Source: Microseira wollei NIES-4236 (GTDB taxonomy: Bacteria > Cyanobacteriota > Cyanobacteriia > Cyanobacteriales > Aerosakkonemataceae). From it: a stretch of DNA of 42,039 nucleotides. Made by a program: the position numbers and the translations under genes. Below, piece after piece: positions 9,901 through 17,249 of the stretch (its first letter is position 1; every line of letters begins with the position of its first letter). The stretch spans positions 1 through 42,039 of the forward strand of contig NZ_BLAY01000087.1 in assembly GCF_020521235.1 (NCBI RefSeq). The letters run 5' to 3'. The notes beneath the pieces were generated by a model. It saw only the letters and a program-made list of their open reading frames with translations, was not told the DNA's origin and ran no database searches.

Positions 9901-10747
9901 TGTCAATATTATTGAGTTGTTAGATGACTTGTTTCAACGGGCGGCGGATGCGGATGAACCGGAGGAAATGAATTTTATCAGAAAACACGTTCTGGGGATG
10001 CGCGAGCAAAATATCCCCAATCCCACCGCGCGTCTATTCTCGAACCCCGCTGGCGATTTTGGTTCGCTAGTAAATGAGCGAGTTACTGATGGAAATTGGG
10101 ATTCTGGAGAAGAGTTGGCGGATACTTGGGAAAGTCGCAATGCCTTCAGTTACGGCAGAAATGATAAAGGTCAATCTCGCAAGCAAGTCTTAAACCAGCT
10201 ATTGCAAAGTACTCGTCGCGTGGTGCAAGAAATTGATTCGGTTGAATATGGTTTAACCGATATTCAAGAATATTATGCCAATACGGGCGGTTTGAAAAAG
10301 GCGGCGGAGAAACAACAAGGGAAGAAAGTTAATGCTAGTTTTGTGGAAAGTTTCTCGAAAGATACAACGCCGCGCAATTTAGAAGATTTGCTCAGAATGG
10401 AATATCGCACTAAGTTATTAAATCCCAAATGGGCAGATGCAATGGCGAATCAAGGTAGCGGTGGTGCGTATGAAATTTCTCAACGCATGACGGCGTTAAT
10501 TGGGTGGGGCGGTACGGCTGATTTTACCGATAATTGGGTTTACGATCAAGCTGCGGATACTTATGCTTTAGATGCAGAAATGGCGAAGAAATTGCGCGAA
10601 GCAAATCCGGAAGCTTTTCGCAATATTGTCGGCAGAATGTTAGAAGCGCATGGACGGGGTTTCTGGGAAGCTGATGAGGAGAAGTTGCAGAAGTTGCGCG
10701 AATTGTATGAGTTGACAGATGAAGAATTGGAAGGTGTGACGATTTAA
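6989..10747 (+). CDS. Magnesium-chelatase subunit H / CobN family protein (ChlH paralog, 1252 aa)
   Basis: N-terminal and central blocks resemble ChlH/BchH (…ASLIFDYDQV…, LKYIPVQKVQDLRNWLIIYGYWNAGG, HFGMHGTVEWLPG). Size fits the CobN/ChlH family. An unusual Glu/Arg-rich segment EENEPRRREEREEERRRIGE lies at about aa 800. Start and stop are clean and a hairpin terminator follows. Confidence 0.75.
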   Translation: MKRIVLIAGFESFNADLYRKAAQLAASRCPELDVRVFSDKSLTTSPEVVADALVGADVFFASLIFDYDQVMWLRERVQHIPIRLVFESALELMSLTQIGAFKIGDKPKGMPKPVKFILDKFSNGKEEDKLAGYISFLKVGPKLLKYIPVQKVQDLRNWLIIYGYWNAGGTDNVASMFWTIAEKYLELKVGEIPPPVETPNMGLLHPEYQGYFESPQQYLEWYQKNNAIKPLVGQASRLSMGEIGGQDAQPTRPVIGILLYRKHVVTKQPYIHKLINYFEQAGLIPLPIFINGVEGHVAVRDWMTTKYETAQRQLGNIETPSLSNEAAQVDAIVSTIGFPLVGGPAGSMEAGRQIEIAKKILTAKNIPYIVAAPLLIQDIHSWTRQGIGGLQSVVLYALPELDGAIDTVPLGGLVGEDIYLIPERVKRLTGRLKNWIELRQKPASERKVAILLYGFPPGYGAVGTAALLNVPRSLLKLLQALKEQGYTIGELPEDGEELIRRVKAADEPQIRSKKEEPVIDSLLDANEYNTVNAKTLDKWLGYLLTTRIEKQWKSLTSSGIKTYGDEYHIGGIELGNIWIGVQPPLGIAGDPMRLMFERDMTPHPQYAAFYKWLQNEFKADAVVHFGMHGTVEWLPGSPLGNTGYSWSDILLGDIPNLYIYAANNPSESILAKRRGYGVLISHNVPPYGRAGLYKELVALRDLISEYREDPQKNYALKEAICKKIVDTGLDADCPFEGAKKLGIAFTTENVRMFSAHAFNDYLVKLYEYLQVLETRLFSSGLHTLGEPPTDEELASYFDAYFGEEENEPRRREEREEERRRIGELLGQNTDELTNLLRGLNGEYIPPAPGGDLLRDGAGVLPTGRNIHALDPYRMPSAGAYERGREIARKIIAQHLEEHGEYPETVAVMLWGLDAIKTKGESLGILLELVGAEPVKEGTGRIVRYELKSLEEVGHPRIDVLANLSGIFRDSFVNIIELLDDLFQRAADADEPEEMNFIRKHVLGMREQNIPNPTARLFSNPAGDFGSLVNERVTDGNWDSGEELADTWESRNAFSYGRNDKGQSRKQVLNQLLQSTRRVVQEIDSVEYGLTDIQEYYANTGGLKKAAEKQQGKKVNASFVESFSKDTTPRNLEDLLRMEYRTKLLNPKWADAMANQGSGGAYEISQRMTALIGWGGTADFTDNWVYDQAADTYALDAEMAKKLREANPEAFRNIVGRMLEAHGRGFWEADEEKLQKLRELYELTDEELEGVTI

Positions 10748-10751
10748 TCAG

Positions 10752-10792
10752 TAGGGTGCGTTAGCGCTAACGTAACGCACCATCTTTTTAAT
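10752..10792 (+). terminator. Rho-independent terminator after chelatase gene
   Basis: GGTGCGTTA-gcgctaacg-TAACGCACC stem-loop followed by ATCTTTTTA. Confidence 0.5.
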
Positions 10793-10831
10793 AGGGTGTT
10801 TGAAAAGCCCAAGTTGTTTATCCAAAACCTG

Positions 10832-10896
10832 GTAGGGGCACGGCATTATAAATATTTCGGGTTTGTCAACCAATGTTTCAGATGCCGTGCCCCTAC
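10832..10896. repeat. 65-bp hairpin repeat (GTAGGGGCACGGCAT …loop… ATGCCGTGCCCCTAC), family member 1
   Basis: 15-bp perfect terminal inverted repeats. Two more copies of identical length and a similar loop lie at 17546-17610 and 25019-25083. Confidence 0.6.
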
Positions 10897-11550
10897 GTTT
10901 CAAACAGGTTATAAGCTAAGAATGCTGAGTCAACCACATCCGAATTTCATTGTTAGTCATGCGCTTGAAATACGGAATGTTTTGCATCTCCAAACTCTTA
11001 GCTTTATTTAGGGCTATGGCAACAAGCTGGCGATGTGGTTGTGCATCAACTTTCACATCTTTTTCTTGCTGAGAAACCATATTTGCCAGTTCCAAACCAT
11101 GTGGATGGTCAAGCAGCTTGGTCAGCAATTCCAATGGATCTTGCATTTTACTTTGCCTCAGTAGAGTGAATAAAGTGAAAACAAAGCTTAACTTTCAAGG
11201 GCTGGTACTTCCTTAAAGCTAATCGCTAAGTAATATCAACGCTACAGTCAATTTGTTGCAACAGTCAAATACCAAAAAGAGCAATTTAACAGCATTTTTT
11301 TCTGAATATGCTGCTAAAATGCCCTGAGCAAAATTTTTCACCTTGTAACGCCCCATAACAGCTTAAAGCTGCTGCTTTCTAAGTACCAGTTAGAAAGTCA
11401 GGCATAGGGAGTTAAATTTAGTTCACTCTACTGACGGGGATTCAATCCCCTTACAGGGATTCAATTCGCTTACACTAATTCAATCCCTATCAGGGATTAT
11501 ATCTTATTCCCCCTGCGAATTTCCCAGGGGGTACTTGGGTTTTAATTACC

Positions 11551-12120
11551 CTACCCCCCATAACAAAACTCCCGCAACCGAGTAGCCGACTGCGGCAGTC
11601 CTTGATTTATTAGCGTTTCTAGATATTCATCAGGGGTTTTGGGTGGATTTCTTAGCCGCAGCCGTTGCTTTTGGGCGGCTTGGCAAACTGCGTCGGAATT
11701 AAGGTCAAGCAAGCGTAAGATAAATCTATCGGGGTGTATTGCTCGAATGTTGTATGGTGCAAGAATCTCGTTAGGAAAATCACTCAAGTTAAAAGTGACA
11801 ATGAAACCCGCTTGACAACGAATTGCCGCCGCAAAGACGTGACAATCGCCTGGATATGGAAGCTGCAATTGTGGAATTAATTCTTCATAGTCTGTCACCA
11901 AACAATTTTTAACGTGTGCATTCATCAAATTTTTGGTTCTTGTAACCTGTTCCAGCGTCAGATCAAGAAGGTTTTGCAGTACATTTCTCATCCATTCCGA
12001 GTGGATTTCCTCTGTCCAACGGGCTTCAAATACAGAGGTAAGTGCTAGCTCAACCAAAAAATACCGCAGGGGTGATCAATACAAGACATTGGCATCATAA
12101 AGAACAATCAGATCTGTCAT
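11551..12120 (-). pseudogene. PIN-domain ribonuclease (VapC-like toxin) interrupted by an in-frame TGA at 12076-12078
   Basis: ATG at 12120 gives MTDLIVLYDANVLY, then TGA, then SPLRYFLVELALT… in the same frame. DANVL carries the first catalytic Asp of PIN domains, so the TTG-initiated 168-aa ORF from the track would lack it. The stop of the upstream HTH gene lies 9 bp before this ATG. Confidence 0.55.
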
Positions 12121-12129
12121 AGGTTAATC

Positions 12130-12630
12130 CTACAGACCCATTGCTTGGGATTCAGCAACCAGTTCATCCATAATTTGAGCGCGTCTCGCGTCATCCTGCT
12201 TTTTATACTCAATTACATCTTGGTAGCGCATCAGGTGAATGTTTCCCTCTATTTTGTAGGGAATTTTGCCAGACTTCATTAACTCCCATACCTGGTGACG
12301 GGTAATCCCCAAAATATCGGCGGCTTGATAAATTTCGATTTCTTTTGTATACGGTTTAATTTTGACCGGGTGTTCCATCCCCGTATGTACTAAAATCTCT
12401 ACCAAGAGTTGCATGACATGAGCCGGAATTTCAATGGTTTTTCCGTTAGTTTCATCTTCCATCAGTTTGATGGTGCAACTGCCCGATTGATTTTCTAAGT
12501 AAGATGCCAAAATGTGGCTACTTGCTAGTGCCATAGCCGCTTCCGATTCGGTTGGTAAAATCGGGTCGCCAATTCGATAATGAGGAAGTTTCATATTAAT
12601 TTGCTGCCAAATTCTAGTGAGCGATCGCAT
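12130..12630 (-). CDS. Helix-turn-helix DNA-binding protein, excisionase/MerR-like HTH_17 family (putative antitoxin partner of PIN gene)
   Basis: C-terminal EIYQAADILGITRHQVWELMKSGKIPYKIEGNIHLMRYQDVIEYKK matches the excisionase-family HTH. It is co-oriented and nearly abutting the PIN gene. The true start is possibly the internal M (MKLPHYRIG, ~12591). Confidence 0.6.
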   Translation of the reverse strand: MRSLTRIWQQINMKLPHYRIGDPILPTESEAAMALASSHILASYLENQSGSCTIKLMEDETNGKTIEIPAHVMQLLVEILVHTGMEHPVKIKPYTKEIEIYQAADILGITRHQVWELMKSGKIPYKIEGNIHLMRYQDVIEYKKQDDARRAQIMDELVAESQAMGL

Positions 12631-12759
12631 TCATCTTAGCAACTGTGCAATACAACTGCGTTCGCCAAGCGAAGCGAGGCATATCGCTACCCCAAAACAC
12701 AACTGGGCGATCGCATCCAACATCGGCACGCGATCGCCCCCAATCCGCTTAATGATTCA

Positions 12760-13011
12760 CTAGAACTTGATTCTGCGAGTCAAAATACTCATCACCTCAC
12801 CAGAACCGGGTGCCGGTAACAAGGGACTCCACTCGTGAATTTGAGCAAACCGAACGACATAAAGCGTGCGAATTGTAGAAGTGACTCCTCTGTGGGAACC
12901 AATTACCAGAACCCGCACCACTTCGTAATCATCCGTCCCAGCTAGCAAACTGTCAGCAGCTTCTAGCGGCACAAAGGGGAAATTTCCTGATGGGACATCA
13001 GTCTGTAACAT
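12760..13011 (-). CDS. Conserved hypothetical 83-aa protein, copy 1 of a duplicated pair
   Basis: About 90% identical to the 14422..14673 product (MLQTD..SGNFPFV.LEAADSLLAGTDDYEVVRVLVIGSHRGV.STIRTLYVVR.AQI.EWSPLLPAPGSGEVMSILTRRIKF). Conservation across the duplication, including upstream sequence, argues it is a real gene. No family recognised. Confidence 0.5.
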   Translation of the reverse strand: MLQTDVPSGNFPFVPLEAADSLLAGTDDYEVVRVLVIGSHRGVTSTIRTLYVVRFAQIHEWSPLLPAPGSGEVMSILTRRIKF

Positions 13012-13200
13012 AGTTTATGTACCTCCTTTAGGTACGTCTATAGGTGGTAAAGTCGCGCTTTAGGTCTCCTACACCTTTGGCGCGGCGCTTTTTTTGGTTG
13101 ATGATGGCATCATAGCATAAGTTACATAGATTGGTCAAGAGGTACATCAGTTGGCATATTTGTCGATGCCAATCGCGCCGCAACGCATAATATTTAATAC

Positions 13201-13404
13201 GTGGACAATTTATGCAAAATGCCTACAAATAGATCTAGAACAACCGTTAGTTTTGACCCTAGCGACTATAAGGAACTAGAGGAGTGGGCTGATGAAGAAT
13301 TCAGGTCTGTACCTCAGTTAATCCATGTCATTATCAAAAAGGCTTTAATTGAGCGCAGACAAAAATCTTCCTCACCTAGTAAGGACAGCAACGAGGGAAA
13401 GTGA
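13201..13404 (+). CDS. Small ribbon-helix-helix-like protein (67 aa), divergent from 83-aa gene copy 1
   Basis: TTVSFDPSDYKELEEWADEEFRSVPQLIHVIIKKAL has a beta-strand plus two-helix pattern like CopG/ParD-type RHH antitoxins. The call is weak. Confidence 0.35.
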   Translation: MDNLCKMPTNRSRTTVSFDPSDYKELEEWADEEFRSVPQLIHVIIKKALIERRQKSSSPSKDSNEGK

Positions 13405-13439
13405 AATAATGCAGGGGGCGATCGCCTACGCAACCCCGA

Positions 13440-13510
13440 TAACACAACTCCCGCAGTCTAACAGCCAACTGCGGGAGTACTTGATTTCATTATCCGATTT
13501 ATCTCGCTTC
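13440..13510 (-). repeat. Stem-loop repeat derived from the 3' end of a PIN gene (AACTCCCGCAGTCTAACAGCCAACTGCGGGAGT)
   Basis: Nucleotide-similar to 11565-11640 (the real PIN 3' end) and to 15105-15180. Contains a 13-bp inverted repeat, CTCCCGCAG…CTGCGGGAG. Confidence 0.5.
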
Positions 13511-13679
13511 AGATGTCGAGCTGTTTCTCACTAAAATTTCTGAATCTAAAAAGATTGACGTTCAAGTTTTGGTCGAGCAATGGTTGATAAATAACATTAA
13601 ATAGATGCCAAATATTGAGTAAGTTATAAACTCTGTTTCTTTAAGAAGCAGGGTTTTTGATTTATCGTTATTATTTCAA

Positions 13680-14300
13680 ATGATACAATCGTATAGTAGC
13701 GGTATTTCCAAAACAATGATTGCCAATCCAAGCCAAAATTACATTTCTCCTCAAGATTATCTAGCAGGAGAGGAACTCAGCCCCATCAAACACGAATATA
13801 TTGATGGACAAATCTACGCAATGGCTGGGGCTAGCGATTCCCATGTTACCATTTCCCTCAACCTTGCTTCATTGTTAAGAAATCATGTCCGAGGTACTGG
13901 CTGCCGTGTCTATATGGCGGACATGAAAGCCTATATTGAAACAGCCAATATCTTTTACTATCCTGATGTGATGGTAACTTGCGATACCAGAGATCGAGAA
14001 TTCCCCATTCAAAAAAAATATCCTTGTTTAATTGTCGAAGTTTTATCTCAAAAAACAGAAGCATTCGATCGAGGTGACAAGTTTGCCGACTATCAACAAT
14101 TAGAAACTCTGCAAGAATATGTCTTAATTAGCCAAAAGCGCCAACGTTTAGAATGCTTCCGCCGCAATGCTGAGGGTTTTTGGGTATTGCAAACGTACAA
14201 TCAAGGCAGTGAAATTCATTTAGCAAGCATCGATTTTCGGACTAGCATGGATAGTTTATATGAAGATGTGACTTTCGGAAATAATGAAGAAACTCAGTAG
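13680..14300 (+). CDS. Uma2-family (DUF820) putative restriction-endonuclease-like protein
   Basis: ISPQDYLAGEE…HEYIDGQIYAMAGASDSH…YPDVMVTCD…YPCLIVEVLSQKTEAFDRGDKFADYQQ is the characteristic Uma2 pattern, abundant in cyanobacteria. The start may be the internal M at ~13716. Confidence 0.8.
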   Translation: MIQSYSSGISKTMIANPSQNYISPQDYLAGEELSPIKHEYIDGQIYAMAGASDSHVTISLNLASLLRNHVRGTGCRVYMADMKAYIETANIFYYPDVMVTCDTRDREFPIQKKYPCLIVEVLSQKTEAFDRGDKFADYQQLETLQEYVLISQKRQRLECFRRNAEGFWVLQTYNQGSEIHLASIDFRTSMDSLYEDVTFGNNEETQ

Positions 14301-14421
14301 GTTGGGTAACGCTATGCTCAACCCAACCTACGAATTATTAGATAAATTGATCGCGCTAAGTATGGGAGAGCGATCGCATCCAAAATCGGCACGCGATCGC
14401 CCCAATTCACCCAGGGATTTA

Positions 14422-14673
14422 CTAGAACTTAATTCGGCGAGTCAAAATACTCATCACCTCACCAGAACCGGGTGCCGGTAACAAGGGACTCCACTCGCTA
14501 ATTTGAGCAACTCGAACCACGTAAAGCGTACGAATTGTAGAATTGACTCCTCTGTGGGAACCAATTACCAGAACCCGCACCACTTCGTAATCATCTGTTC
14601 CAGCTAGCAAACTGTCCGCAGCTTCTAGCGACACAAAGGGGAAATTTCCTGATTCGAGATCAGTCTGTAACAT
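14422..14673 (-). CDS. Conserved hypothetical 83-aa protein, copy 2 of duplicated pair
   Basis: Paralog of 12760..13011. Its flanks are also conserved (…GTAGGTGGTAAAGTCGCGCTTT…GGCGCGGCGCTTTTT…). Confidence 0.5.
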   Translation of the reverse strand: MLQTDLESGNFPFVSLEAADSLLAGTDDYEVVRVLVIGSHRGVNSTIRTLYVVRVAQISEWSPLLPAPGSGEVMSILTRRIKF

Positions 14674-14848
14674 GGTTTATGTGCCTCCTGTAGGTACACC
14701 TGTAGGTGGTAAAGTCGCGCTTTGGGTCTGGTTCACCCTCGGCGCGGCGCTTTTTATGTTGCTGGTAGTACTATAGCATAAAGTTGCAACCCTGCAACAT
14801 AGCAACAAAATCGATTCACAAAGGGAAAGTGAAATAATGGATCGGTAG

Positions 14849-15043
14849 TTGCTACATCAACACGTCGCTACTGTGACCGACAAGAAGAAAGATCCTAATT
14901 ACGGCATGGTCAGGGGGTTAATACCGCAAGACTTGCTCAGAAAGTTCAAAATCTACTGCATCGACAATGGATTAGATTACAGCGAGGGGTTAGAAAGCCT
15001 GCTGCGCGAGTACTTTGAATTGAAAGAGCAACAAACAAAGTAG
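14849..15043 (+). CDS. Small hypothetical protein (64 aa), possibly RHH-like; divergent from 83-aa gene copy 2
   Basis: Positional equivalent of 13201..13404, but not sequence-similar to it. GGGAAAGTGAAATAATG is shared with the copy-1 module. Confidence 0.3.
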   Translation: MLHQHVATVTDKKKDPNYGMVRGLIPQDLLRKFKIYCIDNGLDYSEGLESLLREYFELKEQQTK

Positions 15044-15113
15044 CAGATGATATCGCACGACTGTTGCGCTGCTGCGCGCGTTCCTTGCGCCTGCGGTCGG
15101 CATATCGCATCCT

Positions 15114-15179
15114 ACCCCCGTAACGCAACTCCCGCAGCCAAAGTGCCGACTGCGGGAGTTGCTGATTTATTAATGCCAA
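15114..15179 (-). pseudogene. C-terminal remnant of a second PIN-domain gene
   Basis: Minus-strand translation LINQQLPQSALWLRELRYGG matches the C-terminus of the 11551 PIN protein (LINQGLPQSATRLREFCYGG). No upstream PIN coding sequence remains. Confidence 0.45.
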
Positions 15180-15467
15180 AATCTCGGATTTAACATTAAA
15201 AAAATTTTTTCAACTCACCCTTTTGAGTTGCGTATTACAAGCTACCACACTCGTGTGTCACAGAAATAAGCGACTGGCAACAAGCTTTCTGCAAAAGTTA
15301 AATTCATAGAGAAGTGAATTGGCTAAATTGAAAAATAAGTCTAGCCAATTGTGGGGAACAAACCTGAATGCTGTTGGCTCTATCTATTGTAGAGTTAAAC
15401 GCTACAGGTACTGAAAGGCCAAGGGCTTATCGGTGGTTATTTAAGTATATGGAATAGGAGTATTCAC

Positions 15468-17072
15468 ATGAGCGATCGCACTCGTGGAGTTTGGATTTGG
15501 AATTTGTCAAAAATTCGCAGCGATTATCTGGATAAGCTAGTTGAACGCCAAGTTAAGCGAGTTTATCTCAAAGTCTTTGATGGTAAATTCCAAGGGAAAC
15601 TGCAACCCACATTTTGGGATTGGCAATGTTCTGCTGAAATCGTGCAACAATTCCAATTGCTTGGGATTCAAGTTTATGGATGGGGGTATCACTACGGAAC
15701 TTCTGATGTTGATGAGCAGGTAGCTAAAGTTAAGCAAGCGCTTGCCTGGGGACTTGATGGGTATATCCTGGATTTGGAAAAGGAAGTTGAGGACAGAAGC
15801 ACTCACCCAAATGTAGAAAAGCTTCTTGCTACTCTGCGTCCTTTAGTTAAGGAAGGAACCCTGGGATATACCAGTTTCGGACATCCTGGATTGCATCCTA
15901 ATGTTCCTTGGAAAATGTTGGATAGGTATTGCGATATTGCTTTACCTCAAATCTATTTTGAGAAATTCACTTTCAAGCCAACCACTTCAGAAGAAGTTAA
16001 GGATTGTTTGGATGCACACAAGCGGCTAGGGTTGACTAAACCAATTCTGCCAATTTGGGGTGACGAAAGCGATACACCAAAACCGGCAATAGCAGCAGAA
16101 CTTCAAGACTACCTGAGTAATTTTCCGGGTTCGTCAATTTGGCGCATTCCTGATGTAGACGAACGTGGCGAAGCGTGGAATTTGGTATATTCTGACTTTG
16201 AATTACCAACCCTCACCCGCATTCTGCGTCGAGGCAGTAAAGGAGATGATGTTAAAGCACTGCAAAAAGTCTTGAATGCCAGAGGGTTTAATGCAGGAAC
16301 AGTAGATGGAGATTTTGGCCCTAAAACTGAAGCGGGTGTTAAAGCATTTCAAACCGAAGCCGATATTACTGTAGATGGGGAAGTTGGAGCGCAGACTTGG
16401 ACAGCGCTTGGTGGTAAGTTTAAAGCAGCTCAGCTAGTCAAGTTTGGCGATTTATCTGAAAGCGAAAAACAAGAGGTAGAAGCTGGCTTTTACTTCCCGC
16501 CTGCATTCGGCAACAGATACGCAAATACATCCAATTCTACTCCTAAACAATGGAGCGGAAATGCTGGACAGCGATCGCGTTATATTCAAGATGCCGATAT
16601 GCCTGTTGTTGCCGATTCAGAATCTCGTTCTGCGGATCAAATTCGTGCAGTAATTAACTACTTCAACGTGGAAGATTCTGGTAATAAACGTTTTTGGCCT
16701 AACGGAGGTGTCACCTGCTGCAATATATTTGCTAGGGATGTTATGCGTTGTCTGCGCGCGCCTTTAACTCACTGGGTTGGCGAAAAAGAGCAAGATGCAA
16801 ATGCCATGTTTGACTGGTTGAGTAACCCGGCAAATGGATGGCGTAAAGTTAGTGCAACCGCAGCAACGGAAGCAGCAAGTAAGGGAATTCCTACTTTGGG
16901 TTGTTGGAAAAATCCAGGAGGAATTGGACATATCGTTGTAGTCCGTCCCGAACCAGGCGAACCAAACAATCCTCGAATTGCTCAAGCTGGTGCAATCAAT
17001 TTTGCCAATGGTCTGGCGTCGAAGGGATTGAGTCCGGCAAAAGGAAGGTTTACTTACTTCGTTTATGACTAA
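15468..17072 (+). CDS. Modular cell-wall hydrolase: N-terminal glycoside-hydrolase-like domain, central peptidoglycan-binding domain (PG_binding_1), C-terminal Cys/His (CHAP- or NlpC/P60-like) domain
   Basis: Central LRRGSKGDDVKALQKVLNARGFNAGTVDGDFGPKTEAGVKAFQ…VDGEVGAQTWTAL is the canonical PG-binding repeat. The N-terminus has GVWIW…VYGWGYHYG…GYILDLE, which is TIM-barrel glycosidase-like. The C-terminus has GGVTCCNIF…GIGHIVVV, a candidate catalytic Cys/His. No signal peptide is apparent. Confidence 0.6.
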   Translation: MSDRTRGVWIWNLSKIRSDYLDKLVERQVKRVYLKVFDGKFQGKLQPTFWDWQCSAEIVQQFQLLGIQVYGWGYHYGTSDVDEQVAKVKQALAWGLDGYILDLEKEVEDRSTHPNVEKLLATLRPLVKEGTLGYTSFGHPGLHPNVPWKMLDRYCDIALPQIYFEKFTFKPTTSEEVKDCLDAHKRLGLTKPILPIWGDESDTPKPAIAAELQDYLSNFPGSSIWRIPDVDERGEAWNLVYSDFELPTLTRILRRGSKGDDVKALQKVLNARGFNAGTVDGDFGPKTEAGVKAFQTEADITVDGEVGAQTWTALGGKFKAAQLVKFGDLSESEKQEVEAGFYFPPAFGNRYANTSNSTPKQWSGNAGQRSRYIQDADMPVVADSESRSADQIRAVINYFNVEDSGNKRFWPNGGVTCCNIFARDVMRCLRAPLTHWVGEKEQDANAMFDWLSNPANGWRKVSATAATEAASKGIPTLGCWKNPGGIGHIVVVRPEPGEPNNPRIAQAGAINFANGLASKGLSPAKGRFTYFVYD

Positions 17073-17077
17073 TTATA

Positions 17078-17230
17078 TTTAGATCTTGCGCCTACCCGCT
17101 TACCCGCCTCTTAATCAATTCCCTTTTCTTATAGCTAAAGTCCACTCAAGTGGACTAACACCTTTCTCCAGTCGTCTTTAGACGACTTCAGCTATGAGCC
17201 AGGGGTTTAAACCCCTGGCGGGAGAAAACC
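17078..17230. repeat. Composite palindromic element immediately after hydrolase stop (TTTAGATCTTGCGCCTACCCGCTTACCCGCC; AGTCCACTCAAGTGGACT; AGTCGTCTTTAGACGACT; GGGGTTTAAACCCC)
   Basis: The same ordered set of motifs occurs after the glpK stop (41729-41850) and, with a variant second hairpin, at 6540-6660. Confidence 0.7.
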
Positions 17231-17249
17231 GCAGTTGCAAGATGTGAGT

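Noticed and set aside
10916-11146. 76-aa minus-strand ORF downstream of the dyad cluster
   Set aside because: There is no recognisable similarity or RBS and the composition is equivocal. It is left unannotated rather than called a gene.
12076-12078. Possibility that the in-frame TGA in the PIN gene encodes selenocysteine or is a programmed readthrough
   Set aside because: No SECIS-like hairpin immediately downstream was evident, and PIN toxins are not selenoproteins. A nonsense mutation or sequencing error is far more likely.
12760-14673. Idea that the two 83-aa gene copies are terminal repeats of a composite transposon carrying the Uma2 gene
   Set aside because: No transposase, integrase or target-site duplication is visible. 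The copies are complete genes with conserved promoters, which is better explained by segmental duplication of a TA-like module.
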